Shown here: piece by piece, positions 15,767 through 24,301 of the stretch | How the letters are laid out: every line of letters begins with the position of its first letter | How positions within the stretch are numbered: position 1 is the first letter of the stretch | Assembly: GCF_000315565.1 (NCBI RefSeq) | Contig: NZ_JH992901.1 | Span: 5,837,923-5,869,922, forward strand | From: Mastigocladopsis repens PCC 10914 | Lineage (GTDB): Bacteria > Cyanobacteriota > Cyanobacteriia > Cyanobacteriales > Nostocaceae | DNA: 32,000 nucleotides | Direction: 5' to 3' | Program-made: the position numbers and the translations under genes | Notes under the pieces: generated by a model | Seen by the model: the letters and a program-made list of their open reading frames with translations, nothing else | What the model was told of the DNA's origin: nothing | The model's database searches: none

Positions 15767-15967
15767 AATGACCTGTAAACTGATGACTGGGTAGTGGTAA
15801 TAACATCTATCAAGAGCGAACAATCAAACGAAATTCGGGAATAATAAATTCAGCCTAATCTTAAACTCATTATTTAGACTCGTTTGACTTGTACGCATCC
15901 TCAACCCAATACCCTCAGTCTTACAAGTGATACATAAGTATGTTACGGTCTTTCTAAATACTGGACT

Positions 15968-17158
15968 ATGAATTCAGCCGCAACCACAACAATTCAGGGA
16001 GTAAGTTCTATCGGCGTGGAGGCGATATTTCAACTCCTTTTGAAGGAGCTTCAGCAATCAACCAAAGCTTCGGAGCAAAATTGCCGCGATGTGGCAACAC
16101 GAATTGCTGCCGAAGTTTATAGAATTTGCAGTGAAAGCAAGCGTATCCAAGCTGCCGGTACTGTGGAAAATTCTGCAATCACCCTTGCCCGACATCGGTT
16201 GCAACAGTGTCTGAGGTACTACGAGTTGGGTTCCAATCGGGGCAGAATAGAATTACACAGTACTTTGAGTGCGATTATCTATCGCTACATCAATCCTCCC
16301 CAAAGACAATTGAGCTATCAAGGGCGGCTTGTCGTCATTGAAGATTTCTTGCAGAGTTTTTACCTAGAGGCATTAAACGCCTTCCGAAGGGAGAACCAAC
16401 TGGGTGCTACCTATAGTCCCAAAACCCTTTTGGAATTAGCAGAATACATGGCATTTACTGAGCGCTATGCCAAGCGACGGATTCCCCTACCAGGGCGTCA
16501 GCAACAGCTGATTATTCTACGGGCGCAAACATTCTCCCAACAACAACCTCCGGAAACCTGCGTAGATATAGAACAGGCGGCAGAAGGGAGTGGTAATGAA
16601 GCTGATGGCTCTTGGGAAGATCCAGCGGTACAGCAATTGCGAAGTGCGATGGCGACACAACCAGAGCCAGAACCCCAAGAAGATACATTACGCTCTGTCG
16701 TGATTACTGAACTGATGAATTATCTCGAAGAGCGGCAACAATCAGACTGTGCTGATTACTTCGCCCTCCGCCTCCAAGATTTATCAGCGCAGGAGATTGA
16801 GTCAATTTTGGGGTTAACTCCTCGCCAGCGAGATTATTTACAGCAGCGCTTTAAATACCATTTAATCCGGTTTGCCTTATTGCATCGCTGGGAGTTGGTT
16901 CATGAGTGGTTAGAAGCAGATTTGCATACAAATTTGGGCTTGACTCCTCAGCAATGGGAAGTGTACACAGATCAACTGGACAATAAACAACGGTCTCTAC
17001 TAGAGTTGAAACAACAGGGTCATCCGGATGAAAAAATTGCTAAAACTTTAGGGTTATCAATGGCACAATTGCAAAAACGGTGGTTTAAAATTCTTGAACA
17101 AGCTTGGGAAATTCGTAACTCTTTAGTGTCCGGATCGGGTGCATCTACTCATGAATAG
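15968..17158 (+). CDS. hetZ: Heterocyst differentiation protein HetZ
   Basis: 396-aa ORF recognised from memory of HetZ. It sits immediately upstream of, and overlaps, patU, and the C-terminal region looks helix-turn-helix-like (LGLTPRQRDYLQQRF..., LGLSMAQLQKRWFKILEQA). This gene order is specific to filamentous cyanobacteria. Confidence 0.8.
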   Translation: MNSAATTTIQGVSSIGVEAIFQLLLKELQQSTKASEQNCRDVATRIAAEVYRICSESKRIQAAGTVENSAITLARHRLQQCLRYYELGSNRGRIELHSTLSAIIYRYINPPQRQLSYQGRLVVIEDFLQSFYLEALNAFRRENQLGATYSPKTLLELAEYMAFTERYAKRRIPLPGRQQQLIILRAQTFSQQQPPETCVDIEQAAEGSGNEADGSWEDPAVQQLRSAMATQPEPEPQEDTLRSVVITELMNYLEERQQSDCADYFALRLQDLSAQEIESILGLTPRQRDYLQQRFKYHLIRFALLHRWELVHEWLEADLHTNLGLTPQQWEVYTDQLDNKQRSLLELKQQGHPDEKIAKTLGLSMAQLQKRWFKILEQAWEIRNSLVSGSGASTHE

Positions 17159-18128
17159 TGACTCAGAATCCTTACAAGACCAGTTACTTGCTTGGTTATT
17201 GGCACAAAACGCCCAAACCAACAAGCAAAACTCGGTCGAGTGTGAGGACTTTGAAGGGGTAGAAAATCTTGATGAAATCGCCGCTGGAAACGGTGGCGCT
17301 TTTGAGTTAGGATGTATACCCCAAACCTTTCAACTGGGAGAAATTCCTACTGTGCAAGAACGTTTCCAAGCCGTCCTTAAACGTCGGTTACAAAGTCAAA
17401 TTCAAAACCATCCACCACTATTCCCGTGGGAATCACAACTTACAGAATACCCTGAGTGGGTAGACAACTCATCTATGGAATTAGTTCCGGTTTGGGGGTG
17501 GACGGCACAGCAATCTAAGCTGAATCTGCCGATTCCACTGCCGGAAAGAGTTTTCCAGCAATTGCTGGAGAAGTGTCAGGCGCTGATTGCCACTTCAGTG
17601 CCGTTAGGGGCAAAACTGGTTCAGGCTGTAGAAAGCCTCTTCCCTGACGATTCTCAAACACTGAACGACTTAGCAGGAATGGTGCTAAGAACTCCTTATC
17701 GTTCTGTGGATGCTCTAGAAACTATGCCAAATCTAGAGAGTGATTACTCAGATTTACAGCCGCGTCAACAGATGGCGCTGTCGTTGCTGGCGGCAAAACA
17801 GCTGCTAGACGATCTGACTCTGCCAATTTCAATTACCAATTCAGTGGTAGAAAAGCAATGGCTAACCCGTGTAGGTGTTCTTACCCTCAAGGTAGAATAT
17901 CAGACTCAGAACCAAGTGGCGAAGCTAAGAGTTCAGACTGAGTTGCCCTCAAAAGCGATTGTGAAGCTCCAGGGAGATGCCTCGCAAGCAATAGCTGAGT
18001 CATCCAGTCCGGGATGCCTAAGTGTAGAATTACACGACACACAACTGAACCAAACTTATACCCTGGAAGTTGAGTTAAAAGAAATAGACCAACGACCGCT
18101 TTTATTTGTGATTGTTCCCACGGTGTAA
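17151..18128 (+). CDS. patU: Pattern-formation protein PatU (unsplit form)
   Basis: The ATG at 17151 overlaps the hetZ stop (ATGAATAG, 8-nt overlap). The track ORF begins at a GTG at 17139. The 325-aa product sits directly after hetZ, at the position of patU5+patU3 in Anabaena PCC 7120. Confidence 0.7.
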   Translation: MNSDSESLQDQLLAWLLAQNAQTNKQNSVECEDFEGVENLDEIAAGNGGAFELGCIPQTFQLGEIPTVQERFQAVLKRRLQSQIQNHPPLFPWESQLTEYPEWVDNSSMELVPVWGWTAQQSKLNLPIPLPERVFQQLLEKCQALIATSVPLGAKLVQAVESLFPDDSQTLNDLAGMVLRTPYRSVDALETMPNLESDYSDLQPRQQMALSLLAAKQLLDDLTLPISITNSVVEKQWLTRVGVLTLKVEYQTQNQVAKLRVQTELPSKAIVKLQGDASQAIAESSSPGCLSVELHDTQLNQTYTLEVELKEIDQRPLLFVIVPTV

Positions 18129-18267
18129 ACAAGTTTACCATCGCTAGCAATCCACATTGATAAATGCCATTGATATAAAATGAATATCCTGGTTTGGAAA
18201 AATAACCCATTTTTACAGAAGCGGTCATTAGGGCGTCTACAGAAAGCTGCTATGAGGAAGATACGTG

Positions 18268-18296
18268 CGAGTTCGGTTTTACCGACTCGTTTTGTG
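18268..18296 (+). terminator. Rho-independent terminator after hetZ-patU
   Basis: cgag(t)tcgg, loop tttta, ccgactcg, followed by ttttgtgt. It lies 140 nt after the patU stop and 60 nt before the next ORF. Confidence 0.65.
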
Positions 18297-18355
18297 TCTG
18301 TGGCGTCCGGATTATCGCTTGACTAACATACCCATAGACTGCTTTCTCCTTTGCA

Positions 18356-20686
18356 ATGTTTAACAGATCCAGGATAGGTTGGCGTCTACCTGCAAGTCTT
18401 TTATGGCGGCAAATTATGCAGGAGTCGCCGTTGATGGAAGTGGAAGGTTCAATTACCTTGCGGGTGCTGGTGCTAGCGTTGGTAATTGTAGGAATTGTGG
18501 CGACGGATATTGCGGCTGAGACTAAATTGAGTCTTTGGTCAATGCCGCTTTCGGTGGTAGGCGCGATTTGGAGTTACTACCGTCGCCATAATCGTAATGT
18601 CTCGGTTAAGTTCTTTATCGCCATAGGAATGTTAGCAGCACTGGGGGCTTTCTTTGGGCAATTGTTTGGCGAGTTGAATGATACGCGGCTGGCTTTAGCA
18701 GAGTTGTTAATTCAACTCCAAGTATTTCACAGTTTTGATATGCCACGTCGCAAAGACTTAGGATACTCAATTGTCATCGGGTTGATATTACTTGGTGTTG
18801 CCGCTACGCTGAGTCAAACTTTAGCATTTGGCCCAGTGCTGCTGTTATTTCTAGTGCTCGCCCTACCAACTCTCGTTCTAGATTACCGTTCACGCCTCGG
18901 CTTGCAGTCATTAAAAGCGTTCTCAGGCTCTGCCTGGGAACGAGATAAAAATAAAAAATTCTCTTCTTTTTTTACTTTTTACTTTTTACTTTTTATTCTC
19001 GTTGTGGGATTGGGACTGGGGATTTTTGCTGTTTTACCCCGATTCCCAGGGTATCAGTTGCGAATGTTTCCGGTAAGTTCTCCTATAAACATCAAAGGAG
19101 ATTTTACAGGACGTAGCATCATCAACCCTGGTTATATTCGCCAAGGTCATGGCAAAAATCAAGGCAGTGGTGATAGTAGTGGAGGAGAACAAAACCAAAC
19201 TGGTGAACCAGGGATATTAAATGATAGTTTTTATTACGGTTTTAATAGCCGGATAAACCAAAACCTGCGAGGTGTGATGAAACCCAAGGTCGTCATGCGA
19301 GTGAGATCGCAAGGCGCGGGTTTCTGGAGGGTTTTGGCTTTTGACCGCTACACCACTCAAGGATGGGAAATTTCCCGCAATCAGCAGGTGCAAACCCTCA
19401 AGCGATCGCCTTGGTCTTACCAAATTTTTCTTCCCCCAACACCTATCATTGGGAAGACTCAAGAAATAGTACAAACATACACAGTGGTGTCGGATTTGCC
19501 AAACTTGATTCCAGCTTTGGCTTATCCCAAAGAAATTTATTTTCCGACACCAATGATAGCTGCGGATACAGAAGGCTCTTTGCGATCGCCTGTGGAATTA
19601 TCAGAAGGTCTTACCTATACAGTCGTTTCGCAAGTACCGTACCGTGATCGCACTTTGTTGGGACAAGCCTCAACCAAATATCCAGAGGGTATAAAAAAAT
19701 ACTATCTACAAATCCCCCCCGAAATTGCTGACAAAGTTAGGCAGCACACCGAAGAAATCTTAGCCAATTACAACACCGAAAGAGTCGGCAAGTCCCAAAA
19801 AACTCTAGATTCACCGTATGAAAAAGCTCTCTATTTAGCTCAGTACCTAAAGCAACACTACAGTATCCCTCAAAATCCTTCAGATTTACCATATTTAGGT
19901 GCAAAAGAAGACTTGGTAGAAGCTTTCTTGTACAAATACAAAGGAGGCTACCCAGACCATTTCTCCACAGTGTTGACGGTGATGCTACGCTCCATCGGTA
20001 TACCAGCGCGGTTAGTGGCGGGGTTTAGCCCAGGAGAGTTTAATCCGTTTACAGGAATGTACATTGTCCGTAACACTGATGCTTATGCAATGACGGAAGT
20101 GTATTTCCCGAAATACGGCTGGTTTGCCTTTGACCCCATTCCTAGCCATCCCCTGATACCTCCTTCAATTGAGGATGTGGAAACTTTCAGCGTTCTGCAC
20201 CAGTTTTGGAAGTGGGTTGCTGGGTGGTTGCCTTCTCCTGTGACAGGTTTGCTGAATAAAGTGTTTGGAGCAATATTTAGCTGGATAGCTAGAGTCCTCT
20301 CTTGGTTTTTCTCCTTATTTTCTCAGGGGTGGCTAGGTATATTGACTGGTGTCATTTTGGCGACTGCAATAGCTTTCTTAGGTTGGATAGGGTGGGAGCA
20401 GTGGCGAGAGTGGCGCTATCGCTTTGCACTCAGTAAATTACCACCCATGGAAAGCCTTTATCAACAAATGCTGACATGGGCAAGTCAAAAAGGCTTGAGT
20501 AAACATCCAGCACAAACACCCCTAGAGTACGCCCAAGTCTCTTACCAGCATCAGTCCTCTGCTACTGCTGAAGTCATAGATGAAATTTGTCAAGCTTATG
20601 TTAGCTGGCGGTATGGCGGTCATGCTCCTAACTTGAACCGACTGCGACAAAGATGGCAAGAGGTGAGAAAGGCCACGAGGAATTGA
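18356..20686 (+). CDS. Large polytopic transglutaminase-like (TgpA/DUF3488-type) membrane protein with a degenerate catalytic triad
   Basis: 776 aa. The N-terminal region has about 6 TM segments. The central transglutaminase-core-like segment reads KGGYPDHFSTVLTVMLRSIGIPARLVAGF...RNTDAYAMTEVYFPKYGWFAFDPIP. The C-terminal region has TM segments and a DUF4129-like tail. Confidence 0.85.
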   Translation: MFNRSRIGWRLPASLLWRQIMQESPLMEVEGSITLRVLVLALVIVGIVATDIAAETKLSLWSMPLSVVGAIWSYYRRHNRNVSVKFFIAIGMLAALGAFFGQLFGELNDTRLALAELLIQLQVFHSFDMPRRKDLGYSIVIGLILLGVAATLSQTLAFGPVLLLFLVLALPTLVLDYRSRLGLQSLKAFSGSAWERDKNKKFSSFFTFYFLLFILVVGLGLGIFAVLPRFPGYQLRMFPVSSPINIKGDFTGRSIINPGYIRQGHGKNQGSGDSSGGEQNQTGEPGILNDSFYYGFNSRINQNLRGVMKPKVVMRVRSQGAGFWRVLAFDRYTTQGWEISRNQQVQTLKRSPWSYQIFLPPTPIIGKTQEIVQTYTVVSDLPNLIPALAYPKEIYFPTPMIAADTEGSLRSPVELSEGLTYTVVSQVPYRDRTLLGQASTKYPEGIKKYYLQIPPEIADKVRQHTEEILANYNTERVGKSQKTLDSPYEKALYLAQYLKQHYSIPQNPSDLPYLGAKEDLVEAFLYKYKGGYPDHFSTVLTVMLRSIGIPARLVAGFSPGEFNPFTGMYIVRNTDAYAMTEVYFPKYGWFAFDPIPSHPLIPPSIEDVETFSVLHQFWKWVAGWLPSPVTGLLNKVFGAIFSWIARVLSWFFSLFSQGWLGILTGVILATAIAFLGWIGWEQWREWRYRFALSKLPPMESLYQQMLTWASQKGLSKHPAQTPLEYAQVSYQHQSSATAEVIDEICQAYVSWRYGGHAPNLNRLRQRWQEVRKATRN

Positions 20687-20695
20687 CCAAACTAA

Positions 20696-20738
20696 GGGTG
20701 TAGGGGTGTAGGGGTGTAGGGGTGTAGGGGTGTAGGGG
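20696..20738 (+). repeat. Tandem octamer array (GGGTGTAG) x5.4, G-quadruplex-competent
   Basis: There are five exact units from 20696 plus a terminal GGG, giving five GGGG runs separated by TGTA. The array starts 10 nt after the transglutaminase-like stop codon. Confidence 0.9.
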
Positions 20739-20791
20739 AAAAAGAGGGAATTGTATTTTTATACACCCTGCCCTAAGGGCATTGAGCGAGA

Positions 20792-20988
20792 AAGAACTCA
20801 GAACTCAGAACTCAGAATGGATAAGTGATAATAGCAAAGCCAAGGTTTGTCCGTTCTTGTTCCTCGTGATAGTCCTAAGCCCTAAATTCATTATATGGAG
20901 AAGAAAAGAATTCTTTCTTTATTTAAAATAAGGGCGGATTTCATCCGTGGGGATATTCTGTGTTCTGCGTTCTGCATTCTGAGTTCTT
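20792..20988. mobile_element. STRR-flanked cassette of about 197 bp (same terminal arrays as the amiC1 leader insertion)
   Basis: The left end aagaactcagaactcagaactcagaat and the right end attctgtgttctgcgttctgcattctgagttctt are imperfect inverted repeats. The left end is nearly identical to 6880..6906. The interior is unrelated to the amiC1 insert. Confidence 0.6.
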
Positions 20989-21204
20989 CTTAAGTGTCAA
21001 GTTATTAGCTTGGCTTACCCTTGCTTTACCTATATCTTTAGGTAGATTTTCAATCAACTTTGCGAATAAAGAGCTAAAAAAAGCATTTGTTACTTAAAAA
21101 CGAAGACTGACGTTAATTTAAGCGTTGTAACTCCTATTTTTTGTGGATAACATGGAAAATAATTCATTACAAGCTTCTCACACCGCGTTTGGCGTCAGTT
21201 TTTT

Positions 21205-21474
21205 ATGGACATTCAGTTAATCAACATCGGCTTTGGCAACATCGTGTCTGCCAACCGAGTCGTTGCCATTGTCAGTCCAGAGTCTGCTCCGATTAAGCGG
21301 ATCATTACCGATGCACGTGATCGAGGTCAGCTGATCGACGCAACTTACGGTCGACGCACTAGAGCTGTCATTATCACTGATTCCAGTCACGTTATTCTTT
21401 CGGCGATTCAGCCGGAAACGGTAGCGAATCGCTTTGTGATTACCCGCGATCATCATCAAGCTGTAGATAATTGA
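21205..21474 (+). CDS. remA: DUF370 / RemA-family small DNA-binding regulator
   Basis: 89-aa [80 protein letters not shown] is the classic RemA/DUF370 sequence. It lies upstream of gmk, as in many bacteria. Confidence 0.88.
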   Translation: MDIQLINIGFGNIVSANRVVAIVSPESAPIKRIITDARDRGQLIDATYGRRTRAVIITDSSHVILSAIQPETVANRFVITRDHHQAVDN

Positions 21475-21644
21475 CTAAAGGTAGGTCTATAGCGCCACGC
21501 CTATTTGCGCCATATCAGTAGTACCATGTGAATTAAACTAGTTTTATGTCACCCAGGCTACAAAGCTCCGTAAGTCAAGAGTCATCCAGCTAAAGACTAT
21601 TGACTAATGAATAGTGTCTACTGATTAATTTACAGGTTAAGCGG

Positions 21645-22244
21645 ATGATGCAAGTTATATCTACCAAAAGTGCTGCTAGTACTAAGGAATGCCCAACTGT
21701 GGGCAAGCTGATTATCTTGACTGGCCCAAGTGGAGTTGGCAAAGGCACTTTAATGCGATCGCTCCTCCAGCGTCATCCCCAACTGCAATATTCCATATCC
21801 GTGACGACTCGTTCTCCTCGTCAGGGGGAAATTGACGGCAAAGATTATTACTTCATCAGCCGTAGAGAGTTTGAACAATTGGTGGCTGCTGGAGAATTAC
21901 TGGAGTGGGCAGAATTTGCTGGTAACTATTACGGTACTCCCCGGAAAGCCGTAATTAACCAAGTTCACTCTGGCAAGTGGATTGTGCTGGAAATTGAGCT
22001 AAAAGGGGCACGACAAATTCGCGCTTCTTATCCTAACGCCCTCAGCATTTTCATTTTGCCGCCTTCTTTGAGTGAATTAGAGAAACGGATACGCAGTCGC
22101 GCCCAAGATTCGCAAGAGGCGATCGCTCGTCGTCTGCACCGTGCCCAAGAAGAAATCAGTGCCGCTGATGAATTTGATCTTCAAATCGTTAATGACGATT
22201 TTGAAACTGCTCTAAATTCTATAGAAGCGGCTATATTTGGATGA
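21645..22244 (+). CDS. gmk: Guanylate kinase
   Basis: 199-aa ORF with the P-loop [12 protein letters not shown] and the motifs [17 protein letters not shown] and [12 protein letters not shown]. Confidence 0.93.
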   Translation: MMQVISTKSAASTKECPTVGKLIILTGPSGVGKGTLMRSLLQRHPQLQYSISVTTRSPRQGEIDGKDYYFISRREFEQLVAAGELLEWAEFAGNYYGTPRKAVINQVHSGKWIVLEIELKGARQIRASYPNALSIFILPPSLSELEKRIRSRAQDSQEAIARRLHRAQEEISAADEFDLQIVNDDFETALNSIEAAIFG

Positions 22245-22334
22245 TTTTAATAACATATTTGATAATGACTTCATAAATTCCACAAAACCTTATCCCTCAC
22301 CCCTCCTTTGAACTTCTGTTCGGTTAAGAATAGT

Positions 22335-22389
22335 AAAAAAAGGACACAAACAAAGAGCCATGTAAGCCTTTTCTTTGTGCCCTTTTTTT
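22335..22389. terminator. Bidirectional terminator candidate between convergent gmk and psaL
   Basis: aaaaaaaggacacaaa ... tttgtgcccttttttt forms a stem with one mismatch, with an A-run on one side and a T-run on the other. Confidence 0.6.
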
Positions 22390-22437
22390 ATCATTTGTTC
22401 TTCGTCTAATAACGAGTGACCAAGAACCAATGACTAA

Positions 22438-22965
22438 TTAACCAAACAGACTTTGAAGTAGACCTAGATTACTAGTTAAAAAGTAAGCAACTACTGCACC
22501 ACCAATGCCACCAATTAAGAAAGCACTGGCAAAGCCGTTCCAACCTTCTTTTGATCTAAAAGCATCTGGAGGGTTGGGTGTGGTGACAGTAACGTGTGGT
22601 TGAGGGGGATTGCTATTGCCATATAGAGACAGACAACCAGTCAGAATGACAATAAAGCTTAAGGTTGCCAGTAATCCAGCTAAGTTGGCATTAGCCGTAT
22701 CGCGCAGGGGACCCAATTTGGCGAAGGGACCAAAAATCCAGTAACCATGAGCCATGCCAATTTCTAGTCCTCTTCGGAATGGAGTTATCCCTGAGCGATA
22801 GGCAGGCAAGGTATTAATGTACCATTTGACCAAGGGAGAAGCATTAATCGGTGTCTCCAGGTTACCTTGTTGTGGATCGCGCCATTGGGGAAAGACAACC
22901 TCCTGATTTCTTGGATCACTAGGGCGATTTTTTGATGCATCTACTGCTTGTGCTATATCTGCCAT
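22438..22965 (-). CDS. psaL: Photosystem I reaction centre subunit XI (PsaL)
   Basis: 175-aa ORF with PsaL motifs (INTLPAYRSGITPFRRGLEIGMAHGYWIFGPF) and C-terminal TM helices. Confidence 0.93.
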   Translation of the reverse strand: MADIAQAVDASKNRPSDPRNQEVVFPQWRDPQQGNLETPINASPLVKWYINTLPAYRSGITPFRRGLEIGMAHGYWIFGPFAKLGPLRDTANANLAGLLATLSFIVILTGCLSLYGNSNPPQPHVTVTTPNPPDAFRSKEGWNGFASAFLIGGIGGAVVAYFLTSNLGLLQSLFG

Positions 22966-23171
22966 ATTTTATGTTTGCCTCTAGATAGAATCGTGGCATT
23001 ATTTTCAAATTAATAATAATTGTTAATTGTGACTAAATTTCATTTTTACTATTGAAGTTTATAAAAATTAATTTACCTGTTTTAGATATTTTTAAACATT
23101 TACAATTTGCATTCTGCCTATAGTATCACGAGTTTGAAAGCAGTAGTTTTAAAGTTTAATTTCAGGAAAGC

Positions 23172-23239
23172 TATGAGTTAGGAGTTTTAAATTATGAATC
23201 ATGAATTCATAATTCATAATTTGAAATTCCTAACTCATA
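23172..23239 (-). other. Long AT-rich stem-loop immediately downstream of psaJ, upstream of psaL
   Basis: tatgagttagga (23172..23183) pairs with tcctaactcata (23228..23239), with inner palindromic segments (tgaatcatgaattcataattca). It starts 16 nt after the psaJ stop. Confidence 0.55.
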
Positions 23240-23254
23240 ACTTTTCTTCGTAAT

Positions 23255-23398
23255 TTACGGCAGTGGATGGAAAAGTAGATCTGGGAAGAAGTAGTTAAAG
23301 ACAATCAACAAAACGGCAGTCACAATCAAATTGGCAAACAACAAAACTGGTGCCAGGGAAAGATATTGAACGAGATAATTTGGCTGATTTTGCGCCAT
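23255..23398 (-). CDS. psaJ: Photosystem I subunit IX (PsaJ), absent from the ORF track because it is under 60 aa
   Basis: My own translation of the minus strand gives MAQNQPNYLVQYLSLAPVLLFANLIVTAVLLIVFNYFFPDLLFHPLP (47 aa). The FNxFFPDLLFHPLP end is the PsaJ signature. It lies downstream of psaF, as in the psaF-psaJ operon. Confidence 0.85.
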   Translation of the reverse strand: MAQNQPNYLVQYLSLAPVLLFANLIVTAVLLIVFNYFFPDLLFHPLP

Positions 23399-23449
23399 GA
23401 ACCATTCTCCTAAATAAGTTAGTTCAATGAATGAATTTTGGATTGAGAA

Positions 23450-23610
23450 TTGTTAGTTGTTAGCTGTCAACAAGTATCACTAACCCTATGGCTGACGCCA
23501 CGGCTTTGCCGTTAGGGCAGCTCCTCTGCAGGAGGCACGGTGAAAGCTAGTTGCGGAACTGTCGGGCATTGCCCGCTCAACACAGTGGCTCACCACTAAC
23601 CCACTTCCAA
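23450..23610. repeat. Short dispersed repeat inside the psaF-psaJ spacer, copy B
   Basis: It shares the identical 25-mer (23478..23502), the gctcctctgcaggaggcac motif (23520..23538) and the right-end motif ggctcaccactaacccact with copy A. Confidence 0.75.
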
Positions 23611-23623
23611 TCTAAAATCCTGA

Positions 23624-24127
23624 CTAGCGTGGCGAAATGGGAATTTCTTCATCCTTGGCTGTTAATTCGCCTGACAGCAATTCTCTCAGGGCGGCTACAG
23701 GCCAAGTAAAGCCTGAGAGCATAATTGGCAGCGCTTTTGGCACTTCAATTTTGACTTCTTTCCATTCCACGTCACCGCCTTCTTTCTTGATTGTTTGCAG
23801 ATAGGTACGACCTACCCAGCCAATCCAACCAGCAATATAGAGGAAGATAATGCCAGGAATTGTGAAGTCACCAACATGGCTGAGACGACCATCCACTATT
23901 AGATGAGGTAGACCTTCGGGGCCGCACAGCTGCTGAGAATAACGCTCAAATCGTTTTTCTCCAGAAGCGGGGTCAAAGTTAGTAGCACGGGCAGCTTGTA
24001 CCCGTTCTTGGAAGGCAGGAGATTCACTGCAAGGCACAAGATTTGCCCCTGGAGTCTGCGCTTTGGCTGACGGGGCAAAGTTGAACCAAACACAAATCGC
24101 TAAAATCAGAGCTAACAAGCATCGCAT
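23624..24127 (-). CDS. psaF: Photosystem I subunit III (PsaF, plastocyanin/cytochrome c6 docking)
   Basis: The track ORF begins at a TTG (24190). The ATG at 24127, preceded by GAAGGAAAC, gives [23 protein letters not shown] (signal peptide), then the PsaF motifs [11 protein letters not shown] and [12 protein letters not shown]. Confidence 0.93.
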   Translation of the reverse strand: MRCLLALILAICVWFNFAPSAKAQTPGANLVPCSESPAFQERVQAARATNFDPASGEKRFERYSQQLCGPEGLPHLIVDGRLSHVGDFTIPGIIFLYIAGWIGWVGRTYLQTIKKEGGDVEWKEVKIEVPKALPIMLSGFTWPVAALRELLSGELTAKDEEIPISPR

Positions 24128-24301
24128 GAAGTTGTTTCCTTCTATTACGAAACAAAAAGTTTTTTGTACAAAACGAAGCGGCTTGTACAATCTTGATTTA
24201 CATAACTAGCAAGTCATAATACTCTTGCGCGTGAACCGAGTAAAGTTGAAGGAAATAAAAGTTAAAGCTTCGAGACAAACCCTTATCAGCAAAATTCTTC
24301 A

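Noticed and set aside
18306-18311. DIF1-like TCCGGA motif (heterocyst-specific promoter element) upstream of the transglutaminase-like gene
   Set aside because: The nearest TANNNT hexamers lie 12 nt and 23 nt downstream, not at about 17 nt. The hexamer alone is expected by chance several times in 32 kb, and it also occurs inside hetZ and at 15304.
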